NCBI GenBank assembly: GCA_963707215.1
Contig: CAVPPB010000001.1
Coordinates: 32,001 to 96,000 of the forward strand
DNA: 64,000 nt
Direction of reading: 5' to 3'
Source: an uncultured Chloroflexia bacterium
GTDB taxonomy: Bacteria > Chloroflexota > Limnocylindria > Limnocylindrales > CSP1-4
Shown here in pieces: positions 1-10,128 of the stretch (the first letter of the stretch is position 1; the number at the start of each line of letters is the position of its first letter). The position numbers and the translations under genes are program-made. The notes beneath the pieces are model-generated. The model saw only the letters and a program-made list of their open reading frames with translations, made no database searches and was not told the DNA's origin.

Positions 1-721
1 GCCCGGTCACGAGGTCCAGCTCGAGCAATGTCCAGCCCGGGAAGCGCTCGCGGACGCGATACCCGGTGACGGCGGCCCGCCCGTCCGGGACGACCGCGAA
101 GCGCTGGCGGTCGCGAGGGTCGCGACCGATCGGTGCCTCGATCCGCCCGACCGTCGCCGCCACGCTGCCGGCTACCAGGGCCAGGTAGGTCTTCTTCACC
201 CGCCGGGCCTTCAGCTGTGCCATGAGGCTCTGCTGAGCCGCGTCGTTGCGAGCAACCATGAGCAGGCCGCTGGTATCCCGATCAAGGCGGTGGACGATCC
301 CGGGCCGCTGGATGCCCGCGATGCCGCCGTAGTGGTCGCCGCGGGCCAGCAAGGCGTGGACCAAGGTCCCCTCGCGATGGCCCGGCGACGGATGGACGAC
401 CAGGCCCGCGGGCTTGTCCACGACCAGCAGGTCGGCGTCCTCGTGGACCACGTCCAGGACGATGCTCGCGTCGGGCTCGAGATGCTCGGGCGGTCGCGGG
501 GGCGGGACCTCGATGACGACCCGGGCGCCCGGCTCGAGGATCGTGTTGGCCCGGATGGGGCGGCCGTCGACCGTCACCCGCTCGTCGGCCATCAACCGCT
601 GGACGAAGCTCCGCGAGAGCCCCGTGAGATCGGCGACGAAGCGGTCGGCGCGGCGGCGGCCGACGGCGGCCGGCACCTCCAGCTCGTGCCGCTCGCCCGC
701 ATCGACCGCTGGGTCAACCAT
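1..721 (-). CDS. rluD: RluA/RluD-family 23S rRNA pseudouridine synthase (3' end runs off the window)
   Basis: Manual translation from ATG at 721: MVDPAVDAGERHELEVP...RADRFVA...LSRSFVQRL (S4-like), then VVDKPAGLVVHPSPGH and GIVHRLDRDTSGLLMVA (catalytic HRLD motif). Start overlaps the lspA stop. Missing from the ORF track because it is truncated. Confidence 0.93.
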   Translation of the reverse strand, partial: MVDPAVDAGERHELEVPAAVGRRRADRFVADLTGLSRSFVQRLMADERVTVDGRPIRANTILEPGARVVIEVPPPRPPEHLEPDASIVLDVVHEDADLLVVDKPAGLVVHPSPGHREGTLVHALLARGDHYGGIAGIQRPGIVHRLDRDTSGLLMVARNDAAQQSLMAQLKARRVKKTYLALVAGSVAATVGRIEAPIGRDPRDRQRFAVVPDGRAAVTGYRVRERFPGWTLLELDLVTG

Positions 722-1223
722 CGGTCATCGACGGCTGGGGGGCCGGCCAGACGGCCCGGAACAGGAGCAGGAGGATCGCCAGGCTGATCGAGGCATCGGC
801 GACGTTGAACGTGTAGAAGCGCCAGTCGCCGATCCCGATGTCGACGAAGTCGACGACGTACCCGTATCGCAGGCGATCGACGAGATTGCCGATCGCGCCG
901 CCCATGAGCAACCCGAGGGCTGCGGCCAGGATCGGGTCGCCACGGGAGCGGGCCTGGAAGGCGACGATGAGGCCGATGACGACGAGTGACACCGCGGCGA
1001 ACAGGATCGCGCTGTCCCGGAAGAGCCCGAAGATGGCCCCCGTGTTCTGACCATGGACCAGCCGGAACCAATCGCCGAGCACGACCACGATCTCGCCGGG
1101 GTCGACGTTGGCCACCAGCCAGGCCTTGGTGAGCTGATCCAGGACGACGACGCCGATGGCAAGACCCAGGAAGATCGCCCAGCGGGGCCGCGCCCCGGAG
1201 CCGGCAGCGCTCCTGCCGGTCAT
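714..1223 (-). CDS. lspA: Lipoprotein signal peptidase II
   Basis: LDQLTK, NTGAIFG, GGAIGNLVDRL, VVDFVD and FNVADASI motifs. Start ATG overlaps the ileS stop. Confidence 0.96.
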   Translation of the reverse strand: MTGRSAAGSGARPRWAIFLGLAIGVVVLDQLTKAWLVANVDPGEIVVVLGDWFRLVHGQNTGAIFGLFRDSAILFAAVSLVVIGLIVAFQARSRGDPILAAALGLLMGGAIGNLVDRLRYGYVVDFVDIGIGDWRFYTFNVADASISLAILLLLFRAVWPAPQPSMTDG

Positions 1224-4200
1224 CGATCCTCCCGACGGAGGCCGACCGTCAGCCGACCCACGTCGAGGTCGACCTCGGCCCGGGCGGCGTCGGCAGGCGG
1301 CGACCCCTGGGTGACCGACGCGGCAAGCGTGTCGGCCGCCACCGAGGCCACGTACGGCGCAAGGCCTGGGGGCAGCGGATCGAGCCACAGGCTGATCATG
1401 TCGTCGAGCTGGAGCTCGGCCTCCCGTCGCAGGTCCTGGACGGCCCGCTGGAGCTCGCGGGCGTCCCCCTCGAGGCGGAGCTCCGGGGTGACCTCCGTGT
1501 CGATGACGACGACGAGGCCGTCGTCGTGGGCCACGGCCGTCCCTGGCCGAGGCGTGGCCAGGATCTCCACCTCGTCGGGCGCCAGCGTCAGGCCGGCCAG
1601 CGAGACGGATCCGTCGTCGTGGATCTCGACCTCACCGGCCTTGGCAGCCGCCATGACCGCCGGGATGCGCGGGCCCAGCTTCCGGCCGATGACCGGGAGG
1701 AGCGGCTTGACCCGCCGATCCACGAGCTCGTGATCGTCGTTGATGAGCTCGATCGCCTTCACGTTCAGCTCCTCGGCCAGCAGCCCGACGAGGGCATCGA
1801 GCTCATGAAGATCGGCTCCGGGCAGCGCCAGCCAGAGACGGGCGAGGGGCTGGCGGACCTTCAGGCCGGCCTGACCCCGAAGCGTCCTGGCCAGGTCGAC
1901 GGCCCGTCTGGCCACCGCCATCGCGCGTTCCAGCGGTTCGTCACGATGGGCGGTAAGGTCGGCCGTCGGCCAGCGGGTCAGGTGGACGCTGTCGGGTGCG
2001 GATGGCTCGACGGCGGCGACGAGGTTCCCGTAGGTCGCCTCCGCCAGGAAGGGCAGGATCGGGGCAAGGATCGTCGCGCAGGCCACCAACGCCTCGTGGA
2101 GGGTGGCGAAGGCCGCAGCCCGGTCGGTGGTGTCCCGGTTCCGCGAGAAGCGCCGCCTCGAGCGGCGCAGGTACCAGGTGGACAGGTCGTCGATGAAGCT
2201 CCCGGCCTCCTGGCTCGCCCGCATCGTGTCGTAGTCGCGAAGACGGTCCTCGACCGTCGCCGCGGTCGCGGCGGCCCGGGACAGGATCCACCGGTCGAGG
2301 ACCGGCCGATCGGCGACCGGCGGGACCGGGCCTGACGGGGACCAGCCGGACAATCGTGCGTAGGTCACGAAGAACGCGTACACGTTCCAGAACACCAGCA
2401 GCTCGCGGCGGGCCTCGTCGGCCGAGTGCCAGCCGAACAGGATGTTGTCCTCGGGTCGGGCTCGAGCGAACATCCAGCGCATGACGTCGACGCCCATCCG
2501 CTCGGCGGCCTCGTCGAACTCGATCGCGTTGCCCCAGCTCTTGTGCATCGGCCGGCCATCCTCGCCGAAGACGAGGGCGTAGCCGAAGATGGCCAGGAAG
2601 GGCGGTTCACGGCGCAGCACCGTACCCATGGCGAGCATCGCGTAGAACCAGTTGCGGAACTGGCCCGGGAAGCTCTCGGTGATGAAGTCGGCCGGGTACC
2701 ACTTCGCCCAGTAGTCGGGGTCTTCGCGGAAGTGGATCGTGGAGAACGGGACGATGCCAGCGTCGAGCCACGGGTTGCCCACGTCCTTGATCCGCTCGAC
2801 CGGGGCACCGCAGCCCCGGCAGGCGATCCGGACCTCGTCCACCCAGGGACGGTGGGGCGTGTGCCCGGCGAGGGCCTCGAGTCCCTCGACGGCCCGCTCC
2901 TCGAGCTCCTGCCGTCCGCCGATGACGTCGATCCTCCCGCAGGCTCGGCAGTCGTAGATCGGTAGCGCCAGGCCCCAGTAGCGCTTCTTGCTGATCATCC
3001 AGTCGTGCATGTTGAGGAGCCAGTCGAGCTCCCGTTCGTAGCCGAACGCGGGGACCCAGCGGATCCGGTCGACGACCTCCATGATCTGGTACCGGAGCGA
3101 GGCCTCGACCTGCTCCTGGGTCAGCGTCTCCCGGGGCTGGTCGTACACCGGGCCCATGCTGATGTACCACTCGTCCACCAGGCGGAAGACGAGCGGGGTC
3201 CCGCACCGCCAGCAATGCGGATAGCGGTGGTGGTAGGGCTCCAGACGGTAGAAGCGATGCTCGTGGCGGAGGCGTTCGACGATCGGCTCGGTCACGTCGC
3301 GGACGTCCCGGCCGCTGAGCGACCCGAACCCCTCGATGAACAGGCCGGATTCGTCGAGCGGGGCGATCATCGGAAGCCCCAGCTCCTTGCCCAGCGCGTA
3401 GTCCTCGGCGCCGCACCCCGGGGCGATATGGACGATGCCCGTCCCCTCCTCCTCCCCGACCTCGTCCCAGGCCACGACGCGGTGGCGATAGGGATGGCCG
3501 TCGCCGTCGGCCGCCCGCTCGAAGGCGTGGCGGACGGCCGGGAGGTCGTCGAAGGGTCCCTCGTAGCGCCAGCCGACCAGGTCCGAGCCGGGCCGTTCCT
3601 CGAGGACCTCGAACGGCCCCTCGAGCGCGTGGCGCAGCGTCCCCTTGCCGACCCATGAGCGGGCATCGCCCTGCCGGACGAGCACGTACCGGAGGTCGGG
3701 GCCCACCGCGGCCGCCACGTTGGAGGTGAGGGTCCAGGGCGTGGTCGTCCAGACGAGCAGGTCCTCGCCGGGCCGGTCCGAGAGCCGGAAGCGCACCGTG
3801 AGCCCCGGGTCCTCGCGCTCCTGGTAACCCTCGTTCATCTCCATCTGCGAGATGCCGGTCCCGCAGCGGGCGCACCAGGGCATGGTGTCGTGGCCCTTGT
3901 AGAGCCAGCCTCGGCGGTGGCACTCGGCCAGGAAGCCCCAGATGAGATCGTTGTTCTCGTTCGAGAAGGTGAAGTAGCTGCCTCCGACCTCGGGCATCCC
4001 GAGCCGTCCGACGAGCATCTCGACCGTGTCGGTGACCGGGCCCTCGGGACCCTGGACCGTCACGACCTGGGCCGGGTCAGCCGCGAGGAGGTCGCGGAGC
4101 CGGCGGAGCTCATCGGGGTCGTTCCAGTCCATCCAGTAGCCGAGGCGGATCGACTGCTCGGTCTGGCGGGCGGCGAAGGTCAGGACCCGCTGCTTGCAGA

Positions 4201-4555
4201 GCGAGACGAACTCGGCGATGCCGTAGTCCTCGATGTCGCGCTTGCTGGTGAAGCCCAGGTCCCGCTCGACGTTCACCTCGACCCAGAGGCCCTGGCAGTC
4301 GAAGCCGTTCTGCCAGCGCTGGTCCTCGCCCAGCATCGCGTGGAACCTCTGGAAGACGTCCTTGTAGGTCCGCCCCCAGGCGTGGTGGACGCCCATCGGG
4401 TTGTTGGCCGTGATCGGCCCATCGAGGAAGCTCCAGCGCGGCCCTCCGGCGTTCTGGGCGCGCAGGCGAGCGAACGTACGTCGCTCGCGCCAGAGCCCGA
4501 GGATCTCGTGCTCCTGCTCGACGAGGTCGGGCTTCGTGTTGACGGGTCGGAACAT
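1220..4555 (-). CDS. ileS: Isoleucine--tRNA ligase (type 2-like)
   Basis: DGPITANNPMGVHHAWGR (HIGH variant), GFDCQGLWVE, WTTTPWTL, GTGIVHIAPG, HDWMISKKRYWG and PMHKSWGN (KMSKS variant). C-terminal EGDARELQRAVQDLRR domain is typical of IleRS2. Start taken at MFRPV. Confidence 0.96.
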   Translation of the reverse strand: MFRPVNTKPDLVEQEHEILGLWRERRTFARLRAQNAGGPRWSFLDGPITANNPMGVHHAWGRTYKDVFQRFHAMLGEDQRWQNGFDCQGLWVEVNVERDLGFTSKRDIEDYGIAEFVSLCKQRVLTFAARQTEQSIRLGYWMDWNDPDELRRLRDLLAADPAQVVTVQGPEGPVTDTVEMLVGRLGMPEVGGSYFTFSNENNDLIWGFLAECHRRGWLYKGHDTMPWCARCGTGISQMEMNEGYQEREDPGLTVRFRLSDRPGEDLLVWTTTPWTLTSNVAAAVGPDLRYVLVRQGDARSWVGKGTLRHALEGPFEVLEERPGSDLVGWRYEGPFDDLPAVRHAFERAADGDGHPYRHRVVAWDEVGEEEGTGIVHIAPGCGAEDYALGKELGLPMIAPLDESGLFIEGFGSLSGRDVRDVTEPIVERLRHEHRFYRLEPYHHRYPHCWRCGTPLVFRLVDEWYISMGPVYDQPRETLTQEQVEASLRYQIMEVVDRIRWVPAFGYERELDWLLNMHDWMISKKRYWGLALPIYDCRACGRIDVIGGRQELEERAVEGLEALAGHTPHRPWVDEVRIACRGCGAPVERIKDVGNPWLDAGIVPFSTIHFREDPDYWAKWYPADFITESFPGQFRNWFYAMLAMGTVLRREPPFLAIFGYALVFGEDGRPMHKSWGNAIEFDEAAERMGVDVMRWMFARARPEDNILFGWHSADEARRELLVFWNVYAFFVTYARLSGWSPSGPVPPVADRPVLDRWILSRAAATAATVEDRLRDYDTMRASQEAGSFIDDLSTWYLRRSRRRFSRNRDTTDRAAAFATLHEALVACATILAPILPFLAEATYGNLVAAVEPSAPDSVHLTRWPTADLTAHRDEPLERAMAVARRAVDLARTLRGQAGLKVRQPLARLWLALPGADLHELDALVGLLAEELNVKAIELINDDHELVDRRVKPLLPVIGRKLGPRIPAVMAAAKAGEVEIHDDGSVSLAGLTLAPDEVEILATPRPGTAVAHDDGLVVVIDTEVTPELRLEGDARELQRAVQDLRREAELQLDDMISLWLDPLPPGLAPYVASVAADTLAASVTQGSPPADAARAEVDLDVGRLTVGLRREDR

Positions 4556-4650
4556 CAGTCCTCGGCTGCGCTGGACCGCGGGCGCGCCCGTCACACGGCG
4601 ATCCCGGTCGCCGTCGCATCCCCTCGGACACACCCCACGGAGGTGACGAG

Positions 4651-4657
4651 TATCCTA
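4651..4657. promoter_or_regulatory. Overlapping divergent -10 elements (TATCCT on +, TAGGAT on -) between ileS and the LCP gene
   Basis: Sequence tatccta reads as TAnnnT on both strands. The + element lies 7 nt before the LCP ATG. Confidence 0.5.
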
Positions 4658-4663
4658 CCCGCG

Positions 4664-6481
4664 ATGCAAGTTCGACAGGAGGCGCGACCGCGCGCCCGCT
4701 CGGCCTTCGTGGCCGCCTTCCTCTCGCTGATCTTCCCGGGCCTGGGCCAGGCGTACGCGGGTGCCTACGCCCGTGCCCTGGCGGTCGCTGCGGCCCCGAT
4801 CCTCTTCCTGGCCCTGGTCGGCGGGATCGGCCTGCGGATGGACCGCCTGGACCTCCTGGGCTTCATCGTCCAACCCTGGGTCCTGCAGTCCATCTTCGTC
4901 TTCAACGTGATCGCGCTCGCGTACCGCGCTGCGGCGATCATCGATGCCTGGCGGCTCGTCACCTACATGAACGCCACGGCCGGAGCGGGTGGCGGCCGCC
5001 TGGGAGGTCCCCGGATCCGCTGGTCAGCCGCCTCGCTGGCAGGGCTCCTGGGGGTCCTCCTGGTCATGGCCGGCGCGCATGTCGCGGTCGCCCGTTACGA
5101 CCTGCAGGCCATGGCGTTCGTCGACTGTGTCTTCGACGACGACGGTACTGCCGACTGCGGGGAGGCGGCCGTGGCCAGCCCGGGCCCAGGGGCGACCCCG
5201 GACCCCGACGCCTCCGCCGAAGCCTCCCCGGTACCGTCACCCTCCCCTGGGGCATCGGCAGCGGCGACCCAGACGCCGCTGCCGCCATGGGACGGCAAGG
5301 AGCCGTTGAGCGTCCTGCTCATCGGATCGGACGAGCGACCCGGCGAGGCCGGCAAGCGGACCGACACGCTCATCGTGGCCACGATCGACCCGGCGACGAG
5401 GCGTGTCGCCATGTTCAGCCTGCCGCGCGATACCGTCGACGTACCGCTCCCCGCCGGGCCCGCCCGGGGCGTCTTCGGGACCGCCTATGCCGGCAAGATC
5501 AACAGCCTCTACGGGGCCGCGATGGCCCGACCGGACATCTTCCCGGGCAATGACAACGTTCGGGGCTACAACGCCGTCAAGGCCGCCCTCGGCGAGCTCT
5601 ACGGACTCGACATCCGCTGGTACGTGGAGGTCAACTTCGAGGGCTTCAAGAAGGTCGTCGACACCCTCGGTGGCGTGACGATCGACGTCCAGATGCCGGT
5701 CTCCGACGATGCCTACCCGGGCGACGACGGTCGCCTCAAGCGGGTCTACATCCCGACCGGCGTCCAGCACATGACGGGCTCGGAAGCTCTCGTCTATGCG
5801 CGGTCCCGCCACGGCTCCTCGGACTTCGACCGGGGACAGCGCCAGCAACGCGTCCTCGTCTCCCTGCGAGAGCAGACCGACGTGGCAGCCGTCCTGCCCC
5901 GGATCGACCAGCTCATCGCCGCCCTCACGAGCGCGATCAAGACCGACATCCCGGTCGGCGAGCTGCCCAAGCTCCTGTCGCTCGCCGACGGAGTCGACAT
6001 CTCCAACATCCGGTCCTACGTGTTCGCCCCGTCGTTCTGGGCAGAAGAACGGCGCTCCGGCGACCCACGCGGCTACGTCATCGTGCCACGAGTCGATCGC
6101 ATCCAGAAGGCTGTCCGCAACGCGTTCAGCTCGGATCCCGAGCTCGAGGCGACCCGCGAGGCCCTCAGCGAAGAGGGTGCCAGGGTGTTGGTCCTCAACG
6201 GTTCCGGCGTCAGCGGCCAGGCCGGCGAAGTCGCCCGGTATCTCGACTTCTGGGGCATCTCGGCGTCGGCGTCGTCGCAGCGGCCGGACGGTGCCGCGCC
6301 GGCCGCCGTCCGGATCATCGCCTACAACGGTGCGGAGACGACCTCCCCGGAGACGGTCGCCTTCCTGGAGGCGACCTACGGGGCTTCGGTAGTCTCGGAG
6401 GTGGACCCCGCGGCCCGCGCCGACCTGGTCATCGTCACCGCCGCTGACATGCCCAACCCGACGCCCCCGCCGGCGCCCTGA
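4664..6481 (+). CDS. LCP (LytR-CpsA-Psr) family cell-envelope glycopolymer transferase with N-terminal TM segments and C-terminal LytR_C domain
   Basis: VLLIGSDERPG, RTDTLIV, FSLPRDT, KINSLY, VEVNFEGFKKVVDTLGGV, ALVYARSRH and SDFDRGQRQQ motifs. C-terminal VLVLNGSGVSGQA is LytR_C-like. Confidence 0.92.
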   Translation: MQVRQEARPRARSAFVAAFLSLIFPGLGQAYAGAYARALAVAAAPILFLALVGGIGLRMDRLDLLGFIVQPWVLQSIFVFNVIALAYRAAAIIDAWRLVTYMNATAGAGGGRLGGPRIRWSAASLAGLLGVLLVMAGAHVAVARYDLQAMAFVDCVFDDDGTADCGEAAVASPGPGATPDPDASAEASPVPSPSPGASAAATQTPLPPWDGKEPLSVLLIGSDERPGEAGKRTDTLIVATIDPATRRVAMFSLPRDTVDVPLPAGPARGVFGTAYAGKINSLYGAAMARPDIFPGNDNVRGYNAVKAALGELYGLDIRWYVEVNFEGFKKVVDTLGGVTIDVQMPVSDDAYPGDDGRLKRVYIPTGVQHMTGSEALVYARSRHGSSDFDRGQRQQRVLVSLREQTDVAAVLPRIDQLIAALTSAIKTDIPVGELPKLLSLADGVDISNIRSYVFAPSFWAEERRSGDPRGYVIVPRVDRIQKAVRNAFSSDPELEATREALSEEGARVLVLNGSGVSGQAGEVARYLDFWGISASASSQRPDGAAPAAVRIIAYNGAETTSPETVAFLEATYGASVVSEVDPAARADLVIVTAADMPNPTPPPAP

Positions 6482-6491
6482 CCGACCGACC

Positions 6492-7466
6492 CTATTCGAT
6501 CGGCGTCAGCCAGTGCTCGTAGCGCGGCACGCGCCCCCGCACCGCATCGAAGTAGCGCCCGCGGATACGCTTCGCGATCGGGCCCACTTCGCCACTGCCG
6601 ACCTTGCGGTGGTCGACCTCGATGACCGGGCTGACCTGGACGCCGGTGCCGCAGAGGAAGGCCTCGTCGGCCACGTACAGCTCCGACCTGTCGATCGACC
6701 GGACCTCGACCTCGAAGCCCTCGTCACGGGCGAGCTGGATGAGCGCCGTCCGGGTGATGCCCTCGAGGATGTCGTCGGAGACGGGGGGCGTCAGGATCAC
6801 CCCGTCGCGAACGACGAAGAGATTGGCTGCGGAAGCCTCTGACGCATGGCCGTCCGGAGTGAGGACGAGCGCCTCGTCGAAGCCGTTGAGCTCAGCCTCT
6901 GACTTCTGAAAGGCCATGTTCACGTAGCCGCCCACGATCTTCCCGCGGGCCGGCAGCGCCTCGTCCGCGTTCCGCCGCCACGACGACGACATGAGCCGGA
7001 CGCCGTGCTCGACGTCGATGTAGTTGCCGAACGGGATGGCGATGATCGAGATGTCGTGATCGAGGCGATCGAGCCGCACACCGATGGTCCGGGTGCTCTT
7101 GTAGACCGTCGGCCGGACATAGGCGTCCTCTCGGAAGCCGTTCCGGCGGATCGTCTCCATCACCAGTCCCACCAGCTCGTCGACGGAGGGGATCGGCTCC
7201 ATGAGGAGGATCCGGCTCGATCGGCTGATCCGCTCCATGTGCTCGCGCAGGAACAGCCCATAGAGCCGTCCCTTCTCAGGGGCCCAGTAGGCCCGGATGC
7301 CCTCGAACACAGCAGTCCCGTACAGGAACGCGTGGGTCATGATGCTGACCCGCGCGTCGCGCATCGGGACGAAATCGCCCTGGAAATAGCAGATCAGGCT
7401 GTCGAGGTCCACGCCCTGGGCCTTGGCGGCGGGGGCGGGCGACTCGGCCGGCTTCTCGGTCAGCAT
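6492..7466 (-). CDS. ilvE: Branched-chain amino acid aminotransferase (class IV PLP)
   Basis: HAFLYGTAVFEGIRAY, GKIVGGY (PLP lysine), EASAANLF, ILEGITR and ADEAFLCGT motifs. Confidence 0.93.
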   Translation of the reverse strand: MLTEKPAESPAPAAKAQGVDLDSLICYFQGDFVPMRDARVSIMTHAFLYGTAVFEGIRAYWAPEKGRLYGLFLREHMERISRSSRILLMEPIPSVDELVGLVMETIRRNGFREDAYVRPTVYKSTRTIGVRLDRLDHDISIIAIPFGNYIDVEHGVRLMSSSWRRNADEALPARGKIVGGYVNMAFQKSEAELNGFDEALVLTPDGHASEASAANLFVVRDGVILTPPVSDDILEGITRTALIQLARDEGFEVEVRSIDRSELYVADEAFLCGTGVQVSPVIEVDHRKVGSGEVGPIAKRIRGRYFDAVRGRVPRYEHWLTPIE

Positions 7467-7572
7467 CGGTCGGCTCCTCGTGGCGCGAGGGAACGGGTGG
7501 CGCCGCCAGCATAGCAGCGGGGGCCCTCGAGCCAGCACGGCCGGGCGTCATGACCACCCGAGCGCGGAGCCC

Positions 7573-8631
7573 CTATCCGATCAGGCCGAACAGCTGTCCA
7601 AGGACGACAACGAGGTAACCGCTGTAGAAGACCCCGCCGACCAGAAGCCGGCGACCGGTGAGGCGACCCGATCGCGCCATCGGGATGAAGATCACCGCGG
7701 TCGACACCAGGGCGATCCCGGCCGACAGGAAGGCGATCCAGGACTCCTCGGTGACGGCCCAGGCCGAGCCCGCGAAGAGCAGGGCGATGACCGTGGGGAT
7801 CGTGCTCTGGAAGACCATCGCACCGGTGATGTTGCCCATGGCCAGGGTGTCCTTTCCCTGGCGGACCCAGATGACACTGTTGAACTTCTCGGGCAGCTCG
7901 GTCGCGATGGGCGCGATGACCAGGGCCAGCAGCGCCTGGGCCACGCCGAGCTCGTCGGCGATCCGTTCGATGGAGCCGACGAACGCGTAGGCCCCGCCGA
8001 TGATGAACGCGAGGGCGACCAGCACCTGGACGCCGACGATCCGCAGCCGCGGCACCGACGGGTCCCGGCGGTGACCCCGTCGGTCGGCCCGGTGGAACCG
8101 AAGCGGGGCCAGCTCGTCCTCGTGCTGGGCCGCATCGGCGTCGAAATGCGCCTTCACGTACCACGCGTAGATGGCCACGAGCGCAGCCGCGGCGAGCCAG
8201 CGGACCGGGGCGAGTTCGGCGGGTACGAAGGCTGCGCCGATCGCCAGCGTGTAGGCGATGGCGAAGACCCGCACGTCGTGGCCGAGGACCTTGGTGTCCA
8301 CCCGCATCACCTCGCGGTCGGGACGTCGGCGGGCGACGGCCAGGACGGCGGTGCCGGTGACGAACATCGCCAGGGTGGCCAGCATGAAGGGGGCGCCCAG
8401 GATCGCTCCGACGCCGACCTCCTCCGCCGACGCGGTCCCCGCGAACAGGATCGCGATGACCGGGATCATCGTCTCGGGCAGCGCCGTGCCGACCGCGGCC
8501 AGGACCGAGCCGACGGCACCCTCGGCAAGTCCCAGCTTGCGACCGAACCACTCGATGCCGTTCGTGAACAGCTCGGCCCCGATGAGGATCACGACGAAGG
8601 CGAAGAGGAGCTGGACGACGTCGATGGCCAT
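7573..8631 (-). CDS. Sodium:calcium antiporter (CaCA/YrbG-like)
   Basis: Two alpha-repeats (AVGTALPE and PIATELPEK, GNITGA) and many TM helices. Start at MAIDVV. Confidence 0.88.
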   Translation of the reverse strand: MAIDVVQLLFAFVVILIGAELFTNGIEWFGRKLGLAEGAVGSVLAAVGTALPETMIPVIAILFAGTASAEEVGVGAILGAPFMLATLAMFVTGTAVLAVARRRPDREVMRVDTKVLGHDVRVFAIAYTLAIGAAFVPAELAPVRWLAAAALVAIYAWYVKAHFDADAAQHEDELAPLRFHRADRRGHRRDPSVPRLRIVGVQVLVALAFIIGGAYAFVGSIERIADELGVAQALLALVIAPIATELPEKFNSVIWVRQGKDTLAMGNITGAMVFQSTIPTVIALLFAGSAWAVTEESWIAFLSAGIALVSTAVIFIPMARSGRLTGRRLLVGGVFYSGYLVVVLGQLFGLIG

Positions 8632-8978
8632 CAGCCGCCAACCGTTCCGATGACCACGCCGAACGTCACGACCACCAGGATCCCGACGGCTACCGCCGTC
8701 ATGTCGTGCTCGCCCCGACCGGCGAAGCCGACGAGTGCCGCGCCGACCCGCAGGATGGGCGTGGCGACGACGACGATGAGACCGACCCAGAGCCAGGAAG
8801 CGGCCTCCAGGCCAACGAGACCGGCGAGCAGGCCCGAGGGATCGAGCGCCGGGAAGCCAGGCTCCAGGGGTGAGATCCCCGACGCCGACATCAGGAGCAC
8901 GCCGAGCGCCAGGGCGACGACACCGATCCACGTCCCGACCGACAGGATCCGACCGAGTCGGGCCTCGAGATCGGTCAC
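8631..8978 (-). CDS. DUF1634-type small membrane protein
   Basis: Three TM helices with a GLIVVVATPILRV motif. It lies directly after a TauE gene, the usual context for this family. Confidence 0.75.
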   Translation of the reverse strand: MTDLEARLGRILSVGTWIGVVALALGVLLMSASGISPLEPGFPALDPSGLLAGLVGLEAASWLWVGLIVVVATPILRVGAALVGFAGRGEHDMTAVAVGILVVVTFGVVIGTVGG

Positions 8979-9790
8979 AGCCCGGACGCCCGACGGAGGA
9001 GCTGGAAGGCCGTGTACCCGAGGACGACGACGAAGAGGATCCGCAGGACCCGCAGGTCGATCCGGTGGGCCACGCGCGAGCCGACCGAGGCGCCGACGAA
9101 CACGCCGACGGCCGTGGGGCCGGCCACGAACGGATCGATGCCTCCGCGGGCGAGGTAGATGATCGCTCCAGCCGCCGCGGTGATCCCGATCATCAGGTTG
9201 CTGGTCGCCGTCGCCACCCGCAGCGGCACGCCCATGACGAGGTGCATCAGGGGGACCTTGACGACCCCGCCCCCGATCCCCAGGAGTGCCGAGATGACGC
9301 CCGCCCCGACGCTCCCGAGGGCCCCGACACCGAAACGGTGGACGTGGTAGTCAGGACCCGAGAGGCGCTCGACGAAGGTCGAGCGGTCGTCGCTTTCGTC
9401 ATCGGGCCTTGCGGGCCGGGCCGGGGCCGGGGCGCCCTTCCGGAGCATCGAGACCGCGGTGTAGACGAGCAGGGCGGCGAAGAGCGCCGAGATCAATCGC
9501 TCGTCGAGCGAGAAGGCCACCAGGCCGCCGACCAGGGCACCCGTGGCGGTGAACAGCTCCAGCGTCATGCCGAGTCGCAGGTTGGCCACGTGCCGCTCCA
9601 GGTATACCCCGGCCGATGCGCTGCTGGTCATGATCACGCAGACGAGGCTCGCGCCTACCGCCTCCCGCAGCGGGATGTCGAACCCAAGTGTCAGCAGGGG
9701 GACGATGAGGATGCCGCCACCGAGCCCCAGCAACGAGCCGAACAGGCCGGCCGCGGCCCCACCGGCGACCATGATCAGGACGATGGCCAC
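8975..9790 (-). CDS. TauE/SafE (TSUP) family transporter
   Basis: Internal repeats GSLLGLGGGILIVP and LLGIGGGVVKVP, plus ATATSNLMIGIT. Confidence 0.9.
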   Translation of the reverse strand: MAIVLIMVAGGAAAGLFGSLLGLGGGILIVPLLTLGFDIPLREAVGASLVCVIMTSSASAGVYLERHVANLRLGMTLELFTATGALVGGLVAFSLDERLISALFAALLVYTAVSMLRKGAPAPARPARPDDESDDRSTFVERLSGPDYHVHRFGVGALGSVGAGVISALLGIGGGVVKVPLMHLVMGVPLRVATATSNLMIGITAAAGAIIYLARGGIDPFVAGPTAVGVFVGASVGSRVAHRIDLRVLRILFVVVLGYTAFQLLRRASGL

Positions 9791-9814
9791 GTCAGGAGGG
9801 GCCGGCGCCCGCTG

Positions 9815-10075
9815 TCAGGGCCGGAGGTGCTGGGGTGAGTATGGCAACAGTGCGACGTGGCGTGCCCGTTTGAGGGCCACCGTCAGCTCGCGTTGATGCT
9901 GCGCGCAGGTCCCGGTCTTCCGGCGAGGCTCGATCTTCGCCCGCTCCGACAGGTACCGGCGGAGGCGGTTGACCTCCTTGTAGTCGATGCCGGAGCTCTT
10001 GTCCGAGCAGAACGCGCACACCTTGCGGCGGCGGCGATCGCGGTAGTAGTCGTCACGCTTCTTCTTGGGTGCCAT
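9815..10075 (-). CDS. rpsR: 30S ribosomal protein S18 (Zn-binding C+ form)
   Basis: RRRKVCAFC...[33 protein letters not shown]...LLPY. Confidence 0.98.
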   Translation of the reverse strand: MAPKKKRDDYYRDRRRRKVCAFCSDKSSGIDYKEVNRLRRYLSERAKIEPRRKTGTCAQHQRELTVALKRARHVALLPYSPQHLRP

Positions 10076-10128
10076 CGTTCGGTCTCTTCTCCATGCTCGA
10101 CCCGGTCAGGGCCGACGCGTCGCGTTGC

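Noticed and set aside
4556-4650. Possible T-box riboswitch upstream of ileS
   Set aside because: The leader is under 100 nt, has only one small hairpin, and lacks the GGTGGNACC T-box motif.
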